A DNA stretch of 64,000 nt from a virus. Its lineage: Duplodnaviria; Heunggongvirae; Uroviricota; Caudoviricetes. The stretch is taken from positions 12,254-76,253 of the IMG/VR virus record IMGVR_UViG_3300028048_000107. One strand, 5' to 3'. Below, piece by piece: positions 45,112 through 54,493 of this stretch (its first letter is position 1; the number at the start of each line of letters is the position of its first letter). The position numbers and the translations under genes are program-made. The notes under the pieces are model-generated. The model made no database searches and was not told the origin of the DNA. It worked only from the letters and a program-made list of their open reading frames with translations.

Positions 45112-46629
45112 TTAATTCACCTCCAAAGAAGATATATTATAATTTACTTCTATACTATTTGGTAAGTAATCAGTTGGAGGTGTAAAGGTTTCTGTCCATA
45201 ATGCTTGTCCTCTGATTATACATACATCATCTAAATATCCTTTATATAATCTATTTGATGAAGTTGTTGTCCCCCATCCACCTAAACCAATAATGTTACT
45301 ATTTGCATAAACAGGCTCATTAACAGCGGTTGAATGTATGTACACCAATTCTCCATTATAGAAACACCTTACTATCCCATCTTTTCTTGTCATTGCTAAA
45401 TGATTCCACGTATTAAGTGATACAAGTGTAGTTATGTATTGCCCTACGGAAGAATTCAGTGCATAAAAAATTTTATTACTCTCTGACCACGGAGAAATGC
45501 TAATTCCATTATCTACATCATCTGCAATAGCATACCCAAAAACTGGACTTGAATATACTTTAGCCCAGAATGACACAGTAAAATCTGCATCTGCTGGAAT
45601 TACCATATTAGATGTTACATCTGTATACATCTGAGCAGAATTAAAGTTAAGAGAATTTCCACTAAATTTACCTGTTGACGTAGTTACACCAGCATTTGTC
45701 CATGTATTTCCTGCTAAATCATGTATTCCACTAGAATCTGCTCTAACTCTAATTATATAATCTAGTGGTGGAATTGGACTATAAAATTCATTAAAATCTA
45801 TTTCATCACTTACCCCAATATCTATAGTGGAAAGTGTTTGTGGAGTTATTGGATATTCTTTATAGTTATATAGTTTAGCTTTACTATTAACTATTTTTAG
45901 AAAATCACTTGTACCAGTATATGCTGATGGATTATTATAGTTTTCTAATGTTAATGTTACATTATCACTACCACCAGTTTTCTTTAATACATCTATTGGT
46001 GGCTTACAATAATTACTATCACCAACTTGTAATAGCATTTCATATGGAGCTACTACATTTGTTACTATTTTTTGTACATATGTACTTGTAGAATTAAAAT
46101 TAGTTCCTATTATATTCCATTCACTATCTACCCAAGTTGTTGAAGTTGTAGTATTAGCTTTATATAATACATTATCTTTTATTACTACATCTCCAGAAGA
46201 ATAACTTGTTCCGCTTGTCCATTCATCTATACTACCTCCACCACCAGCACTTATTTCCGTCCACTTAGTAGCATCAAAAGTGCTTATTGATGTGTGAACA
46301 GTACTGCATTTGTATATTTTATTATCGTAAACTACTTGGTCATTTAATGCATATGTTGTAGATGATGCCCAATAATCTATTCCACGTTTATCTAAATCTA
46401 CTCTAGTCCAAACACAAGTACCATCTGTATATGTACTTCCTACAGCTAATGATGATATACTTGGTTTTGTAGTATTTGTAGTTCCAGCAGTTGTACATTT
46501 AAGCGTGATACCATCATAATTTACTATATCATCTAATACATATGCAGTATTTCTTTGCAGAAGTTTTATATGTTCCGCAAGTTCTGCATGATATGCTTTT
46601 AGATTATCATTTGTTACTAACTTACTCAA
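45112..46629 (-). CDS. tail fibre protein: CBM5/12-like repeats + LamG/ConA-like domain
   Basis: N-terminal Y.GD.V.Y...IYKC.T.HTS repeats; C-terminal RVRADSSGIHDLAGNTW...WNHLAMTRKDGIVRCFYNGELVY...GYLDDVCIIRGQALWTETFTPP. Confidence 0.5.
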   Translation of the reverse strand: MSKLVTNDNLKAYHAELAEHIKLLQRNTAYVLDDIVNYDGITLKCTTAGTTNTTKPSISSLAVGSTYTDGTCVWTRVDLDKRGIDYWASSTTYALNDQVVYDNKIYKCSTVHTSISTFDATKWTEISAGGGGSIDEWTSGTSYSSGDVVIKDNVLYKANTTTSTTWVDSEWNIIGTNFNSTSTYVQKIVTNVVAPYEMLLQVGDSNYCKPPIDVLKKTGGSDNVTLTLENYNNPSAYTGTSDFLKIVNSKAKLYNYKEYPITPQTLSTIDIGVSDEIDFNEFYSPIPPLDYIIRVRADSSGIHDLAGNTWTNAGVTTSTGKFSGNSLNFNSAQMYTDVTSNMVIPADADFTVSFWAKVYSSPVFGYAIADDVDNGISISPWSESNKIFYALNSSVGQYITTLVSLNTWNHLAMTRKDGIVRCFYNGELVYIHSTAVNEPVYANSNIIGLGGWGTTTSSNRLYKGYLDDVCIIRGQALWTETFTPPTDYLPNSIEVNYNISSLEVN

Positions 46630-47825
46630 ACTCCTGCACCTCCAAATATATCTTCTATTAAATCTGTATCTTCTTCTGGTTCATATGTTAATTGTGTAAA
46701 TTTTGTATCATCAAATGTACTTGTACTTGTATGTGCAGTATCACACCTATAAATACAATCATTATATATTAAAACATCACCTACTTCATATTCAGTAGAT
46801 GCTTGCCATTCACTTATTCCATTTTCACTTGCACTTATTTCTTCCCATTTTGTAGTATCGAATGTAGAAGTAGCTGTATGAGCAGTTATACATTGATATA
46901 TATTTCCACTGTATATTACTATAGCTCCAACCTCATAACTTTCTCCAACTGTATAAAAATCTATACCTTTACTACCAATTAAATTCCACTTACTCTCATC
47001 AGCACTAAATGTGGTTGAAGTATGATTAGTATTACATTGATATATATTATTATCATGTATTACTAAATCACCTACAGAATATGTGGTTCCTGTAGCCCAA
47101 TCTGAAATAGTTGTTCCACTACTACCCCCACCACTTGAACTTCCTAAAGTTATACCATCTATACTTACTATCTTAAAATTATCTATAGTATATGCTTCTA
47201 AGAAATTAAATACAAATGTAGTAGCATCAGTTATTTCTCCTGTTACTACAATGTAATCTGTAGTTGATTCTTGATATGAAAAATCTTGTACTTCTCCTAC
47301 TACTGGAACTAATGCAAAAGTTTTATTCATTAGTACAGTACTTCCATCTTCACTATATGCTATTTTTACTATCAGAAAATCTTTTGTTAGCATTGAATCT
47401 GAAGTTGTTACTGTTAATATACTAGTATTAAATGTAGTTCCAGTATATAGATTTTCTTTTTCATAGCCAATACTTAAATTAGTCCATTTAGTATCATCAA
47501 AAGTAGTTGTAGAAGTATGTGCAGTTTTACATTGATATATTCCATTACCATATACTACTAAATCTCCTACACTATATGAAGTATTAGATGCCCAATTACT
47601 TATTCCAGAACCACTACCACCAACTAGGTCAAATTTTGTGACATCAAAAGTTGTAGTTGAAGTATGTTCAGTTTTGCATCTATAAAATTTTCCATCTTGT
47701 ATTATTGTGTATCCTACTTTATATTTTTTATTAGCTTGCCAATTATTTAATGGTAAGCCGTTTAATTTTAGATTATCATGGAATCTATCTAATCTATCTA
47801 AGTCTATTACTTTTTCATCTGCCAA
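46626..47825 (-). CDS. tail fibre protein with tandem CBM5/12-like repeats
   Basis: Repeats W...Y.VGD.V.Y...IY.C.TAHTST.TFD.TKW (at least 6 copies). Confidence 0.5.
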   Translation of the reverse strand: MADEKVIDLDRLDRFHDNLKLNGLPLNNWQANKKYKVGYTIIQDGKFYRCKTEHTSTTTFDVTKFDLVGGSGSGISNWASNTSYSVGDLVVYGNGIYQCKTAHTSTTTFDDTKWTNLSIGYEKENLYTGTTFNTSILTVTTSDSMLTKDFLIVKIAYSEDGSTVLMNKTFALVPVVGEVQDFSYQESTTDYIVVTGEITDATTFVFNFLEAYTIDNFKIVSIDGITLGSSSGGGSSGTTISDWATGTTYSVGDLVIHDNNIYQCNTNHTSTTFSADESKWNLIGSKGIDFYTVGESYEVGAIVIYSGNIYQCITAHTATSTFDTTKWEEISASENGISEWQASTEYEVGDVLIYNDCIYRCDTAHTSTSTFDDTKFTQLTYEPEEDTDLIEDIFGGAGV

Positions 47826-47842
47826 GTGAAATCACCTCACTT

Positions 47843-49162
47843 TTATGTTTTTGTATATTTAATTGTAGCCCAACCACCTTTAGATATATAATTAGTACCT
47901 ACCAACATATAAACGTCACTGGTGGTTTTATTAACCCAAAGTGTGATTCTATAAGAAGAAGAAGATTCATTATAATATAAAGGAACCATTCCGCTACTCC
48001 CATCAAAAATACATCCTTGTATATCAATTATTTTATCAATATTGTTAACTCCCATATTAAAAGTGGCAGTATCTACATTAGCTTGTGATGGAGTTGTAAA
48101 TATAAATGTTTTTTGATACAATTTTTTGCCATCTATCCATGTTCCTATTTCTTGTTCATCTATACTATAGTTATTTGGGTTATATAATTTTATACCATAT
48201 ATCCTTTTTAAGACAATCCCGTTGGTTGGTGTTGAACTAGTCCCCTTAAAACGTTTTACGTCACCAAAAAAACTAGTGCCGTTAATAAAATCTAAAGAAA
48301 ATGACAATCTATATATATCATTAACATTAGTAGATGATGCATAAAAGAAACCACTGGTAAAATATCTAATGTTACTATCTACTCCAAGTATCGTTGTATA
48401 ATTTTCATTACCTTTGACAGTAGTCCCATTGCCTGACCAATCACCATCAAACTCAAGAAAATCATAGTTTCTATAATTATCTAAAAGGGGAAGTGGACTT
48501 GATTCGGCTATATCTGATGTAACAACACCTTCCCACAGCAATGTTTTGCTGACATTTAATCCACTACCACCTGCACTTTTCCAAGTACCATCTCCACAAA
48601 GAAATTTTGATATATCAGAAGTTGTTGGCTGTGGTACTATACCTTCTTCACCATTATTAGAGCTTGTAGCTCCTGTAAAAGCACTTTCACCAATCTTTTG
48701 CCAATTAATTATAATAAACGTAGAATCACTATTAGCCATGATACATTGATATAATTTATCATTATATATAACTAAGTCTTTTACAGAATATGAAGTTCCT
48801 GATACCCAATCATTTATAGAAGTTCCTGCTTCACTTGCGCTTATTTCTTCCCATTTTGTACTATCAAATGTAGCTGTACTAATATATGCAGTTATACATC
48901 TATATATTTTATCATCATATATTACAATATCTCCAACATTATAAGAAGTATTAGCTTCATAATCAACTAAACCTTGACCAGTTCCACCTTGTTCTTCTTG
49001 TACTTCCCATACTACTGTACCATCAGTTATTGGTGAAGTTCCATCTAATATTAAAGGGTCTGTACTAGTTGTTCCTGCTGTTGTACATTTTAGTTTTATT
49101 CCGTATTTTGTGTTTACTATATTATTAACGCTATAAGCTGTATTTCTTTTTATGAGTGCCAA
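47843..49162 (-). CDS. tail fibre protein (CBM5/12-like repeats + C-terminal domain), TTG start
   Basis: RBS GGGAGGGAGG then TTG; repeats GDIVIYDDKIYRCITAYISTATFDSTKWEEIS and GDLVIYNDKLYQC; promoter at 49215..49243. Confidence 0.45.
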   Translation of the reverse strand: MALIKRNTAYSVNNIVNTKYGIKLKCTTAGTTSTDPLILDGTSPITDGTVVWEVQEEQGGTGQGLVDYEANTSYNVGDIVIYDDKIYRCITAYISTATFDSTKWEEISASEAGTSINDWVSGTSYSVKDLVIYNDKLYQCIMANSDSTFIIINWQKIGESAFTGATSSNNGEEGIVPQPTTSDISKFLCGDGTWKSAGGSGLNVSKTLLWEGVVTSDIAESSPLPLLDNYRNYDFLEFDGDWSGNGTTVKGNENYTTILGVDSNIRYFTSGFFYASSTNVNDIYRLSFSLDFINGTSFFGDVKRFKGTSSTPTNGIVLKRIYGIKLYNPNNYSIDEQEIGTWIDGKKLYQKTFIFTTPSQANVDTATFNMGVNNIDKIIDIQGCIFDGSSGMVPLYYNESSSSYRITLWVNKTTSDVYMLVGTNYISKGGWATIKYTKT

Positions 49163-49185
49163 TTTCCTCCCTCCCGTTTTTTACA

Positions 49186-49243
49186 TAAATAAAAAAGCCA
49201 AATTCATTACTATTAGTATAGCACAAATTTGGCCTCTTGTCAA
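49186..49243 (-). promoter_or_regulatory. promoter TTGACA-N17-TGcTATACT with its -10 inside the loop of a terminator-like hairpin (GGCCAAAUU...AAUUUGGC + U-run)
   Basis: tgtcaa 49238..49243; agtata 49215..49220; stem 49197..49204 / 49226..49233; A-run 49188..49196 on plus. Confidence 0.4.
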
Positions 49244-49246
49244 GTC

Positions 49247-49675
49247 TTAATTAAACATATCGTCAATATCCTGATTGTCAGCAATAGTAATATTATCACC
49301 AGTAATTCTTACCCAATTAGCACTATCATTGCTGAAATCACTAACATCTGATGTATGAGCAGTAATACATCTCCAAAGCGCATAATTAGCAAGCACTATA
49401 TCATCTACTTGATATTGAGTAGAACCTGCCCACTCTGTTATTACTACTCCACTATATGCATTGGAACTCAAAATCTCAAACTTGTCATTGTCAAAAACTG
49501 TATTTGCAGTATGTGCTACTGTGCATCTGTATAATTCACCATTATGAACTACAATATATCCAATTTTATATGCATTGCCCGTAGCCCAGTCATTTAATGG
49601 CAAGCCTTTCTGTTTTAAATTATCATGAAATCTTGCAAGCTTTACTTTATCAATAAGATCATCATATACTGCCAT
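49247..49675 (-). CDS. small fibre-associated protein with two CBM5/12-like repeats
   Basis: YIVVHNGELYRCTVAHTANTVFDNDKFEIL and DIVLANYALWRCITAHTSD. Confidence 0.4.
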   Translation of the reverse strand: MAVYDDLIDKVKLARFHDNLKQKGLPLNDWATGNAYKIGYIVVHNGELYRCTVAHTANTVFDNDKFEILSSNAYSGVVITEWAGSTQYQVDDIVLANYALWRCITAHTSDVSDFSNDSANWVRITGDNITIADNQDIDDMFN

Positions 49676-49688
49676 TTATTCCCCCTCC

Positions 49689-49886
49689 CTATTTGAATAT
49701 ATCATCAATTTCTTCATTTGTTGCTATGTCTGCAAAAGGTTCTAAATCTTCTCCATCCCTTATTGCATGTATATATGAATATGGAGTTACCAATTGCAGA
49801 TTATCTACTGCCTCTCTAACTATTATATATTCTTCTTTTACGTTTTTATACACGCTCCATCTATTACGAGGTTCCATGATCACCAC
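49689..49886 (-). CDS. hypothetical protein
   Basis: 65-aa ORF. Confidence 0.3.
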   Translation of the reverse strand: MVIMEPRNRWSVYKNVKEEYIIVREAVDNLQLVTPYSYIHAIRDGEDLEPFADIATNEEIDDIFK

Positions 49887-49891
49887 CCTCT

Positions 49892-50464
49892 TTACAAAAA
49901 CATAGCATCAATGTCATCATTACTAGCAATACTAATTTCTCCCATAGCTACATCTACTAATGTACTAAAGCTGATTTTGTAGTCTCCATTAGCTATAACA
50001 TTATATGTATTATTAGCTACCACAAAAAGACCCTTTATTTCTATCTCCTTATCTCTACGCATTTCTGATATATTTACAGCTATTCCTATATTTCCTTGCC
50101 AGTTTGTAAAATCTACTTCATTTAGTTTATTTAATGGCATTCCTCTTGCAAAATCTCTTAACATCACAAATTCACCATTTAAATAAACATAATAATGTTT
50201 AAGGTCATTAGTTAATGCAAATCTTACTTCTGCATTTAATTTATCTGAAATATTTTCTGTTACATTTAGTACATTTTGTCTTAAATACAACTTTCTAGGG
50301 AGAATTAAAAAATCATCATGTATACCTATTGATTTTACTCTATGCCCAAAGTTGTCATCAAAAGTTAAGGTTTTTATTGCTCCTAAATCTTCTAAAGAGT
50401 CAACTTCTATTTTTTCATATCCTCCACCAATAAGTACATCTTCTATTTCATCTGGCAAAACCAT
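49892..50464 (-). CDS. hypothetical virion-associated protein
   Basis: 190 aa; downstream of promoter + hairpin at 50490..50564. Confidence 0.4.
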   Translation of the reverse strand: MVLPDEIEDVLIGGGYEKIEVDSLEDLGAIKTLTFDDNFGHRVKSIGIHDDFLILPRKLYLRQNVLNVTENISDKLNAEVRFALTNDLKHYYVYLNGEFVMLRDFARGMPLNKLNEVDFTNWQGNIGIAVNISEMRRDKEIEIKGLFVVANNTYNVIANGDYKISFSTLVDVAMGEISIASNDDIDAMFL

Positions 50465-50479
50465 AGTGTTTCACCTCAT

Positions 50480-50516
50480 ATATAAATAAAAGCCCAACCA
50501 AAAGGTTAGGCTTATT
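50480..50516 (-). terminator. terminator-like hairpin in the 5' UTR downstream of promoter 50536..50564 (possible attenuator)
   Basis: AAGCCUAACCuuuugGUUGGGCUU + UUUAUUUAUAU on the minus strand, between the promoter and the RBS/ATG of 49892..50464. Confidence 0.4.
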
Positions 50517-50535
50517 TCCTGTCCCCTCTAATTAT

Positions 50536-50564
50536 ATTATACCATAATTAAGACATTTTGTCAA
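50536..50564 (-). promoter_or_regulatory. sigma-A-type promoter (TTGACA-N17-TGgTATAAT)
   Basis: tgtcaa 50559..50564; attata ~50536..50541. Confidence 0.45.
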
Positions 50565-50565
50565 A

Positions 50566-50835
50566 TTATTCTCCATCATCAGTAGGCTCTTCAGGATTTG
50601 TGATTGGTTCTTCTGGTTCAGTAGTAGGCTCTTCACTACCACCGCTACTTTCTGGTGTATACTCATAAGTATCATCACCAATTTTTACACCAGAACTATA
50701 TTTAGAAGTATTTACAGTATATTTACCTGTTAATACATCTTTTTCTACGTGTGCTTCTATTGCACCTTTGTAACTCTTTAAATCAGTTGCCATTGTTATC
50801 ATTCCTCCATTAATTAAACAAATTATCAATATCAC
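50566..50835 (-). CDS. hypothetical protein with acidic E/P-rich C-terminus
   Basis: TEPEEPITNPEEPTDDGE; start overlaps the end of the large fibre gene. Confidence 0.35.
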   Translation of the reverse strand: MILIICLINGGMITMATDLKSYKGAIEAHVEKDVLTGKYTVNTSKYSSGVKIGDDTYEYTPESSGGSEEPTTEPEEPITNPEEPTDDGE

Positions 50836-53800
50836 TATCAGTAGCGTAATCTATATCAACACTACCTCCAGAGCTTATATTTTCCCATTTATCACTATCA
50901 CCATAAACAGTAAAGTCAGCTAAATGTGCATTTGGTGAAGTTGATCCTGCATCTATGTTTACTGAGTCTACAGTTAATCTTATATATCTAGCGTCTACTG
51001 GTACACTATCCCAACCTGCATAATTAGTACCATCTTCACTAACTTCTATAGTGTACGTAAAACTCATATCTAAAGTAAACTCTGTATAGTCTATATCAGT
51101 TACTCTTTTTATTGAGCCTAAATCTATAGTTTCCGTATATGGTATAGTAGTAGTATCATCTACGTATATAACATTTCCTGATGCTTCATATAACTTAATA
51201 TTTATAGGTTCTTCTCCTACAGCACTTACATGTTGTGTCTTACATCTAAATAACCCATCATCATACTTAACAACTTCATCTACATAATATGGTATATTAG
51301 ATGCCCAAATATGAATAAAACAATTCTTATCTAATGGTGTCCACTTATCGAAATCACTGTTAAAATCACTTGTAGAAGTATGACTTGTTATACATCTATA
51401 TAATTGATTTTGATAAATAACAATATCATCTATGCTATAGTCTGTAGTTGAACTCCAATCTGGATACACTTCACTTTTACTTACCTCAATCCAATGTGAA
51501 GGTGTAAATACAACATCATTGTTATTTACTTTTGCTCTATATATTTTATCTTTATATACTACTAAATCATTAACTTTATATCCTTCATAATTTGGATTTG
51601 AGAATGCTTCTGTTTGGGGAATAAAATCATCTGGGTATCTATCTATATCTGAGATTCTAAGTTCATCCATTAAAATGTTATTACCATGTTGAGATACACC
51701 ATGATCACCATAAATATAAAACTTAGCATTTGCTGTAGGTCTTGTTATTGTTCCAACAGAAGTACCATTTATATAAGTTTTTACAGTAGTCCCTGAAATA
51801 ACTAATGCTATATGATAAGGTATGCCTTCAAAAAACTCATATACTTGTGTTCCATAAATACGAAAGGGCTTACCATTGTGATTATCTACATACCCTAATG
51901 TCGTAATTTTTCTAGAAGAACTTTCATGAACATTTACTGTATCGGCATCTTGAGTCCAAATATGATGTGAAGTAGAATAGTGCCACCACTCTACTGTATA
52001 TACTTCACTGCCTGTTGTAAATTCGTAATCAGGAGATTTAATACCTCCAATACTTTCTGTGGCTATTGCATAACCACTTCCACCCAAAGTCCATGTATTT
52101 ACATGGTTATATATACCATCATGTGTAGTACCCCTACCAAAACTTTCTCCATACTCATTCTTGTAAACTTCTTCGGTACTATCAAAATGCAATAAGGCTA
52201 ATGTATTTGGATCAGGTGCTCCTCTCCACATTTCAATATTACATTTATTTACTTTCTTCCACTTATCTTTTTCAAATGTTTCACTATTATTAGCTGTAGT
52301 ACATTTCCAAATTTCATTTTCATATAATATAGTATCTCCAACTTTATAGGTATTACCACTTACCCATTCTCTGATATTAGCAGATAATGTTTGCCAATTA
52401 TTCTTATCTAATTCATATGTAGTATCTGATACATGTGTAGTAGTACACTTTATTGGAGTATTATTATACAGCACAACTTCTCCAGCTATGTATAATGTGC
52501 TTGCTGTCCAATTTACAGCTTTCCATTTTGTATCTAAAGTTTGCCAGTTTGATATATCATTATTAAAATCATTACTATCAGATGTATGAGCAGTAGTACA
52601 TCTATATAGTTGTCCACCTCTCACAACCATATCTCCTACATTATAGCTAGTAGAAGTTTGCCAATTATCTATATCACTGCTACTTATCTCATGCCATTTA
52701 GTTGAATCAAAAGGATTAACAGATGTATGAGCTGTATCACAAACATATATTTTATCATTATATACAACCATATTTCCTTGCTGATATGCTTCTCCAGTTT
52801 TCCATGCGTCTATTCCACTAGCACCTATTAAGTCCCAATAAGCAATATCATTACTAAAAGAGGTTGAATCTGAAGTATGATCTGTATTACATCTATAAAG
52901 CTTATTATCCTGTATCACTAGTTGACCAATTTCATAATCAGTAGAAGGTGTCCATGTACTTATTTCGTTTATTGTTGGTGAAAGTTCTTCCCAATTTAGT
53001 TCTTCTGTAGCATCCCAAGTACTTCCAGAAGTGTGTGTGGTAGTACACCTAAAAATTTTAGCATCATGGGATACTAAATCTCCGATAACATAGTCCTTAT
53101 TTGCTTCCCAATTTGGTATTCTAGTAATACAAGCACTTATTTCATTCCACTTATCAGAATCAGCATTAAATGTTGCTCCAGATGTATGTGCAGTAATACA
53201 CTGATATATCTTATTTGCATATACTACTACATCTCCAACAATATAATCAGTATTTTGTTCCCACTGATCTAATCCACCGCCACTTACTTTTTGCCAATTA
53301 GAAATAGTAAAATTAGTATCATTATTTGCTGTAATACATTTATATAGAATACCATTATAATTTACATACTGACCTACTACATAATCACGACTACCTACCC
53401 AATCATTTATTGAGTCTGTAAGTAAATCCCATTTAGCAATAATAAATGAAGCATCATTATTTGCAGTATTACATCTATATAAATTTCCATTATATCTTAC
53501 TACTTGATTTTGATAATACTGTGTGTTTGAAGTCCAATTTCTAATAAATGCATTTGGATCATGCAACACATGCCACTTAGTAATATCAAAATTTACTCCA
53601 GATGTGTGATCAACAACACACTTATACAATAAATTATCGTAATGTACTATAGAATTTTCTACATAATATGTGTCTGATTTCCATAATGGAATACTTGCGG
53701 TTACTAATTCCCAGTTACTAGCATCAGTTTCTAAATCTGTAGTAGAAGTATGATCAGACAAAGCTCTATATATCTGACCGTTATGCGTAACTACTTCATC

Positions 53801-54487
53801 TTGATGATATACTTTATTTACTTCCCATTCATGCAATAAAGCAAGATTACCAACAAGCTCCCAATTACTTATATCCGCATTAAAATTTGTAGAAACATGG
53901 TCTATTAAACACTTATATATTAAATTACCTTGTAAAACTGTATCACCAATTTTATAGTACACAGAAACAGTAAATGGTCTTATACTAGCGTATATTTCTT
54001 GCCATTTACTAGCATCTGTAGAAAAAGATGAAGCTATGTGATCAATAGTACATCTATAAATAGACTTACCATATAATACAGCGTCACCTTTCTTATATTC
54101 ATAACCAGAAAGCCATATCTTAATTATGCCCCCATTATTATCATTCTGTTCTGTTAATGACCAAATTCTCCACACAACAGTACCATCATAAACTATATCC
54201 CCAGTTGTATAATTATTTATAGTATCTGTAGAACTAGTAGTTCCTGCTGTTATACACTCAGCATATTGGTGTGATTTCATTGCTGGCCATCTAACTACAT
54301 CTTTTCTAACATAATCTGTATTTGGCTCTCTAATTGTCCAATGTGCGCCAGAAGTTAAATGACTAATTCCTACTACTTTAATATCAATATCGTCTAAAAT
54401 AGCATTAAAAGTATCGTCTGCAAAATAATCTGTAGGGAGAACCTTTTTAATATGTAATTTTTCCGTTTCCAATCTATATTTCACCAC
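50810..54487 (-). CDS. large tail fibre/receptor-binding protein: ~16 CBM5/12-like repeats + LamG/ConA-like domain (1225 aa)
   Basis: Repeats IYRCTIDHIASSF, IYKCLIDHVSTNF, LYKCVVDHTSGVNF, IYQCITAHTSGATF, LYRCTTAHTSDSNDF and others, each W...GD.V.Y...Y.C...HTS...W; internal LamG-like domain (WTLGGSGYA...HIALVISGTTVKTYINGTSVG...ILMDELRISD). Confidence 0.55.
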   Translation of the reverse strand: MVKYRLETEKLHIKKVLPTDYFADDTFNAILDDIDIKVVGISHLTSGAHWTIREPNTDYVRKDVVRWPAMKSHQYAECITAGTTSSTDTINNYTTGDIVYDGTVVWRIWSLTEQNDNNGGIIKIWLSGYEYKKGDAVLYGKSIYRCTIDHIASSFSTDASKWQEIYASIRPFTVSVYYKIGDTVLQGNLIYKCLIDHVSTNFNADISNWELVGNLALLHEWEVNKVYHQDEVVTHNGQIYRALSDHTSTTDLETDASNWELVTASIPLWKSDTYYVENSIVHYDNLLYKCVVDHTSGVNFDITKWHVLHDPNAFIRNWTSNTQYYQNQVVRYNGNLYRCNTANNDASFIIAKWDLLTDSINDWVGSRDYVVGQYVNYNGILYKCITANNDTNFTISNWQKVSGGGLDQWEQNTDYIVGDVVVYANKIYQCITAHTSGATFNADSDKWNEISACITRIPNWEANKDYVIGDLVSHDAKIFRCTTTHTSGSTWDATEELNWEELSPTINEISTWTPSTDYEIGQLVIQDNKLYRCNTDHTSDSTSFSNDIAYWDLIGASGIDAWKTGEAYQQGNMVVYNDKIYVCDTAHTSVNPFDSTKWHEISSSDIDNWQTSTSYNVGDMVVRGGQLYRCTTAHTSDSNDFNNDISNWQTLDTKWKAVNWTASTLYIAGEVVLYNNTPIKCTTTHVSDTTYELDKNNWQTLSANIREWVSGNTYKVGDTILYENEIWKCTTANNSETFEKDKWKKVNKCNIEMWRGAPDPNTLALLHFDSTEEVYKNEYGESFGRGTTHDGIYNHVNTWTLGGSGYAIATESIGGIKSPDYEFTTGSEVYTVEWWHYSTSHHIWTQDADTVNVHESSSRKITTLGYVDNHNGKPFRIYGTQVYEFFEGIPYHIALVISGTTVKTYINGTSVGTITRPTANAKFYIYGDHGVSQHGNNILMDELRISDIDRYPDDFIPQTEAFSNPNYEGYKVNDLVVYKDKIYRAKVNNNDVVFTPSHWIEVSKSEVYPDWSSTTDYSIDDIVIYQNQLYRCITSHTSTSDFNSDFDKWTPLDKNCFIHIWASNIPYYVDEVVKYDDGLFRCKTQHVSAVGEEPINIKLYEASGNVIYVDDTTTIPYTETIDLGSIKRVTDIDYTEFTLDMSFTYTIEVSEDGTNYAGWDSVPVDARYIRLTVDSVNIDAGSTSPNAHLADFTVYGDSDKWENISSGGSVDIDYATDSDIDNLFN

Positions 54488-54493
54488 CTAATA

